Below are positions 60,000 through 64,000 of a DNA stretch of 64,000 bases, piece after piece. The DNA comes from Planctomycetota bacterium (GTDB lineage: Bacteria > Planctomycetota > JACOTG01), in NCBI GenBank assembly GCA_016178505.1, contig JACOTG010000201.1, positions 2,413 to 66,412 on the forward strand, in the 5' to 3' direction. Each line of letters begins with the position of its first letter. Position 1 is the stretch's first letter. Both the position numbers and the translations under genes were made by a program. The notes beneath the pieces are model-generated. The model ran no database searches. It was not told where the DNA came from and worked only from the letters and a program-made list of their open reading frames with translations.

Positions 60000-61208
60000 A
60001 TGAGAATTCTGCATCTCTTCTCGAACTGGAAGTGGACCGGGCCTGCGGAGCCTGCCCTGAATCTCGCCGCAGAGCTTCGCCGCGCCGGGCACGACGTGCT
60101 CTTCGCGTGCGGACGACCGGTGAAGGGATGTGAGAACTTCGTCGCACGCGAGGCGCGCGCGCGGGGAATCGAGCCGATTCTCCAGTTTCGACTGAACAAG
60201 CATCGACGTCCGCTCGACAACCTCCACGATCAGCGCCGATTGCCGAAATTCATCGAACGAGAACAGATCGACATCGTTCATGCCCATCTCGACAACGATC
60301 ACCTGCTCGCGGCGCGCGCCGTGAGATCGCTTTCGCGTGCGGTTCCGGTGGTGCGCACGTACTACGGCGGCGAGCCGCCGTCGCGTCGATCGATCACGCG
60401 AAAGCTCCTCGAGGGCTCGAGCGACGCCATCATCGTGATCTCGGACCGCGTCCGCGACGCGCTCGTGGCCGAGCTCGGAGTGCCCGTCGGGACTCTCTTC
60501 CGGCTCGAGGGGACGGTCGATCTCGCGCGATTCGACCCGGCACGACGAGTGAAGTCGATCCGCGAGCGGCTCGACGTCGCGGGAGATGCGCCCTGTTTCG
60601 GCATCGTCGCTCGCATGCAGCGACACCGTCGGTTCGACCTCTTGCTCGACACGATCAGCCGAGTCGTGGCGCGCGAGCCTCGTGCGCGATTCGTGTTCGT
60701 CGGTCGCGGAACGCGGATGGAAGAAGTCCTCCGAAAGCCGGCCCGAGAGCGGTCAATCGAAGCGTTTCTGAGATTCCCCGGATACCTGGAGGGGGACGAG
60801 TTCGTGGCGGCCCTCGCGTCGATGGATGCGCTCCTGTTCACGGTGCCCGGTTCGGACGGATCGTGCCGTGCCGTCCGGGAAGCGATGGCGATGGGGCTTC
60901 CCATCGTTGCGTCGAAGCGCGGCATCCTCCCGGAGCTCGTGAAGGACGACGAGACCGGGTTTTCGCTCGACGAGGAGCCGGGGGCGTGGGCATCGGCGGT
61001 GCTGCGCCTCGCGTCGGATCGCGCGCTTCGATCCCGGATTTCGCAGGGCGCTCGGCGACATGCGGCCCGGTTCGCGATCGCCGACCATGCTCGCGAGGTC
61101 GCACGAATCTATCGGTTCCTGTCGCGTCGCGTCGCGTCGAGGGCGCGACTGGGTTCGACGGAGTCGGGCGTCGCCGCCGTCAATTGGAAGCGGAGGAGTC
61201 GCGTCTGA
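60000..61208 (+). CDS. glycosyltransferase family 4 (GT-B, group 1)
   Basis: MRILHLFSNWKWTGP N-terminus and C-terminal E-x7-E-like region (AVREAMAMGLPIVASKRGILPELV). Confidence 0.7.
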   Translation: MRILHLFSNWKWTGPAEPALNLAAELRRAGHDVLFACGRPVKGCENFVAREARARGIEPILQFRLNKHRRPLDNLHDQRRLPKFIEREQIDIVHAHLDNDHLLAARAVRSLSRAVPVVRTYYGGEPPSRRSITRKLLEGSSDAIIVISDRVRDALVAELGVPVGTLFRLEGTVDLARFDPARRVKSIRERLDVAGDAPCFGIVARMQRHRRFDLLLDTISRVVAREPRARFVFVGRGTRMEEVLRKPARERSIEAFLRFPGYLEGDEFVAALASMDALLFTVPGSDGSCRAVREAMAMGLPIVASKRGILPELVKDDETGFSLDEEPGAWASAVLRLASDRALRSRISQGARRHAARFAIADHAREVARIYRFLSRRVASRARLGSTESGVAAVNWKRRSRV

Positions 61209-61267
61209 CGCGAGGTTTCGACGGCCCGGAGGTTGCGGTGGGGACGCGAGTCGGTTTGTCGTCGCAT

Positions 61268-61296
61268 TGACTTCGACAAGGACCCGCCATAGGATG
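61268..61296 (+). promoter_or_regulatory. sigma-70-like promoter TTGACT-N17-TAGGAT upstream of the GluRS-like gene
   Basis: ttgacttcgacaaggacccgccataggat read by eye. Confidence 0.35.
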
Positions 61297-61382
61297 CGGG
61301 CCTCACGGCATTCGGAGCAGGCGGTGCTCCGAGGCCCACGAAAGCGACTCGCTCAGACGTTCTCTTGGGGATTCCGAGGCCG

Positions 61383-62846
61383 ATGAACACCAGCGGCTCC
61401 GATGGCGTGCGGGTCGGCATCGCACCCGTCGTCACGCCGCCGATCGCCGTCTCGGGACTTCGCGCTGCGCTGTTCGCGTGGCTTTACGTTCGCGCGCACG
61501 GCGGCACGCTCGTGCTTCGCGTGGCGGACGCGCAAGGCCCGAGGATTCGCGACGAGCTGACCTCGCTCTTGCTGGAGAACCTGCGCTGGATCGGAATCGA
61601 TTGGCAGGAAGGGCCCGATGTCGGCGGGCCGCATGCCCCGTATCTGACGTCTCGCCGCGTCGATCACTATCGGGACGGCGCGCAACGGCTCCTCGACGAC
61701 GGGATCGCGTTTCGCTGCTTCTGCACTCCAGAGGAGATCGAGGCCCGAGCGCAGAAGGAGAAGCGCGGTCGGAGCTCGCAGAAGCCGACGGGGCATCGGT
61801 GCGCTTCGATTTCAGCGGCTGAAGCCGAGCGCCGCGCTCGCGCGGGAGCGCGAACGTTCGTCCGACTTCGCGGCGACGCGTGCGGGCGTGTGGCCTCGGA
61901 CGACGTCGTGCGCGGGCGAATCTTCGTCGAGCCGCCAGCGGAGGCGTTTCTGGTCGATCCCGACGGCGCGCCGTTCGACGGATTCGCGTCCGCGATCGAC
62001 GAGGTCACGATGCGGATCGACGTGTCCTTTCGCGACGACGAATCCATGCCCGAAACGGCGGTTCAGATTCGGGTGGCACGCGCGCTGGGTCTGTCCGTGC
62101 CGCGAATCGCGCACGTGGGGGAGATCGTGGGACCCGATGGAGCGAGATTCGGCAAACGACACGGTGCGGCGACGGCTCAGTCGTTCCGGCGACTTGGCTA
62201 CCACCCGAGGGCGCTCGCGAATTTCCTCGTGGCGTTGTCGTGGTCGCATCCCGACGGACTCGAGCGATTCGATCCGGCGACTCTCGATCGAGATTTCGCG
62301 CGGTCGCCGATTCGCCGCGAGCCCGCCGTCTTCGATTTCAAGGCGCTGAATCGCATCTCAGCGCAGACGATTCGCGAGGAAAGTCCTGACTTCTTGCTCG
62401 ATCGCGTCTACCCCTACCTCCTCGAAGGAGGATTCATCGACGAAGGAGGCGACCGAGCACGTTTGCGAGAGGTGGTTGCCGTTTGTCGCGAGCACTTGAG
62501 CTGCCTTTCGGAGATCGTGAAGTACGCGGACATCTTCTTTGGCGAGACGTTCATCGAGGTCAAAGAACGCAAACTCCTCAAGCGCGAGTCGTCCCGGCAG
62601 ATCCTCGTCGCCTTCCGGGAGCGCGTCGAAAGGATGAGCGATCTCGATGCGGAAGGATTTCGTCGGACCATCACTGAAGTGCAAGGCGCGACGCGGGCGA
62701 CTCGCGAAACGGTCTTGCTCACGCTGCGAGTCGCGCTCACCGGGCAGACCGCGGGGCCCGACGTGTCGGACGTGGCGCCGGTCCTCGGTCCGCGCGCCTG
62801 TGCCGAAAAAGTCGAGCGGGCCCTTCACCTAGCCCATCAGTCGTAG
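61383..62846 (+). CDS. glutamyl-tRNA synthetase paralogue with degenerate HIGH and KMSKS motifs (full length incl. anticodon-binding domain)
   Basis: Colinear with GluRS (GIAPVVTPPIAVSGLRAALFAWLYVRAHGGTLVLRVADAQ vs E. coli [40 protein letters not shown]). HIGH is replaced by IAVS, KLSKR by RFGKR. C-terminal LRVALTG motif retained. Confidence 0.6.
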   Translation: MNTSGSDGVRVGIAPVVTPPIAVSGLRAALFAWLYVRAHGGTLVLRVADAQGPRIRDELTSLLLENLRWIGIDWQEGPDVGGPHAPYLTSRRVDHYRDGAQRLLDDGIAFRCFCTPEEIEARAQKEKRGRSSQKPTGHRCASISAAEAERRARAGARTFVRLRGDACGRVASDDVVRGRIFVEPPAEAFLVDPDGAPFDGFASAIDEVTMRIDVSFRDDESMPETAVQIRVARALGLSVPRIAHVGEIVGPDGARFGKRHGAATAQSFRRLGYHPRALANFLVALSWSHPDGLERFDPATLDRDFARSPIRREPAVFDFKALNRISAQTIREESPDFLLDRVYPYLLEGGFIDEGGDRARLREVVAVCREHLSCLSEIVKYADIFFGETFIEVKERKLLKRESSRQILVAFRERVERMSDLDAEGFRRTITEVQGATRATRETVLLTLRVALTGQTAGPDVSDVAPVLGPRACAEKVERALHLAHQS

Positions 62847-62915
62847 TAGATATTTCGCTTTTCCCCGGCCGGCGCATCCTGCCGGCAGCAGCCCGAAGGC
62901 GAAGGAGACCACGGC

Positions 62916-64000
62916 GTGGCGATCCAGCTCTACAACACGCTCACCAAGCAGAAAGAGCCGTTCGTCCCGCTCGAGCCCGGCAAAGTCCGCATGTACAACT
63001 GCGGACCGACGGTCTACAACTTCGCGCACGTCGGCAACTTTCGGTCGTTCCTGCTCGCGGATCTGCTTCGTCGATACTTCGACTACCGCGGATTCGACGT
63101 CCGCCAAGTCATGAACATCACCGACGTCGGTCACTTGCTCGCGGACGCCGATGCGGGCGTCGACAAAGTCGAGGAGGAAGCCCGCAAACAGAAAAAGGAC
63201 CCTTACGCGATCGTCGCGTTCTACCTCGATGCGTTCATGCGAGACGTCGAGGCGTTGAATCTGCGGCCGGCTCACCACTATCCGCGTGCGACCGAGCACG
63301 TCCCGGAGATGCTGGCGCTCGTCGAGAAGCTCTTGAAAGGCGGGTACGCATACGTCGCGAAGGGTGCCGTCTACTTCGACGTTTCTCGGTTCCCGGCGTA
63401 CGGTCGGCTGTCAGGCAACTCGCTCGAGGCGCTCAAGGCCGGTGCGCGCATCGAGATCAACCCAGACAAGAAGCAACCTTACGATTTTGCCCTGTGGAAG
63501 CAGGATCCATTGCACCTGATGCAATGGGATTCGCCGTGGGGTCGTGGCTTCCCCGGGTGGCACATCGAGTGCAGCGCGATGGCGATGAAGTATCTCGGCG
63601 AATCGATCGACGTGCACACCGGGGGAGAAGACAACATCTTCCCGCACCACGAATGCGAGATCGCGCAATCGGAAGCCGCCACGGGGCGACCGTTCGTCAA
63701 GTACTGGGTGCACACACGACACCTGCTCGTCGAAGGCGAGAAGATGTCGAAGTCAGTCGGGAACTTCTACACGATCCGCGATCTCGTGAAGATGGGGTAC
63801 AGCGGCAAGGCAATTCGATACCTGCTGCTGTCGACGCATTATCGTCAGAACGCAAACCTCACGTTCGACGGCCTCGAGGCCGCGAAGAAGACGGTCGATC
63901 GGATCAATGCGTTCGCGCAGAACCTCCGCGACGTTTCGGCGGAGAAGCCCAACCCCGAGTTGATGGATACCATCAAGCGTGCTCGCTCCCAATTCGTCGA
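62916..64000 (+). CDS. cysS: cysteinyl-tRNA synthetase (3' partial, runs off window)
   Basis: YNCGPTVYNFAHVGNFRSFLLADLL (HIGH motif), Zn-binding Cys. RBS aaggag 10 nt upstream of the GTG. Confidence 0.85.
   Translation, partial: MAIQLYNTLTKQKEPFVPLEPGKVRMYNCGPTVYNFAHVGNFRSFLLADLLRRYFDYRGFDVRQVMNITDVGHLLADADAGVDKVEEEARKQKKDPYAIVAFYLDAFMRDVEALNLRPAHHYPRATEHVPEMLALVEKLLKGGYAYVAKGAVYFDVSRFPAYGRLSGNSLEALKAGARIEINPDKKQPYDFALWKQDPLHLMQWDSPWGRGFPGWHIECSAMAMKYLGESIDVHTGGEDNIFPHHECEIAQSEAATGRPFVKYWVHTRHLLVEGEKMSKSVGNFYTIRDLVKMGYSGKAIRYLLLSTHYRQNANLTFDGLEAAKKTVDRINAFAQNLRDVSAEKPNPELMDTIKRARSQFV

Overview
High-GC (~65-70%) bacterial chromosomal segment, densely coding on both strands. No rRNA, tRNA, CRISPR array or transposase/integrase genes were seen. 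Gene content (dockerin/Kelch secreted protein, prepilin-type protein, sulfatase-like enzyme, ECF sigma factor paired with a Ser/Thr kinase, sigma-54 activators, LPS-type genes) suggests a Gram-negative organism of the Planctomycetota / Acidobacteriota / PVC-like kind; this is inference only. Main blocks: (i) an ABC substrate-binding protein, an FAD oxidoreductase and a HEAT-repeat protein; (ii) a 1788-aa fusion of Ser/Thr kinase, STAND NTPase, TPR, GAF, sigma-54 activator domain and HTH, followed by a secreted dockerin/IPT/Kelch protein and a prepilin-type protein with a clean promoter and terminator; (iii) a Pus10-type pseudouridine synthase (rare in bacteria) with an overlapping membrane-protein gene; (iv) a small exosortase-like locus with a deacetylase-like gene carrying an in-frame TAG and a 7-repeat secreted protein with a PEP-CTERM-like tail; (v) glycan biosynthesis genes: CDP-alcohol phosphatidyltransferase, Wzx flippase, HAD hydrolase, sulfatase-like enzyme, GH15, then an ABC-transporter-dependent cluster (GT2, SDR epimerase/dehydratase with Zn-ribbon insert, B12-radical SAM, Wzm, Wzt, methyltransferase-GT2 fusion, GT2) whose divergent promoter carries a 35-bp tandem palindromic repeat array; (vi) RluA-family pseudouridine synthase, DUF1028, and a lower-GC orphan gene; (vii) an operon of CheY-like receiver, groES and groEL; (viii) an FHA-GAF-sigma-54 activator paralogous to the kinase-fused one; (ix) a ydbL/ydbH-like pair and an LPS-core-like cluster (GT9, Kdo-kinase-like proteins, GT2, GT4) interrupted by an ECF sigma / Ser/Thr kinase pair and a SCO1 / multicopper oxidase pair; (x) a full-length GluRS-like gene with degenerate HIGH/KMSKS motifs upstream of a canonical cysS (3' partial). 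Gene starts are approximate where non-ATG starts are likely.
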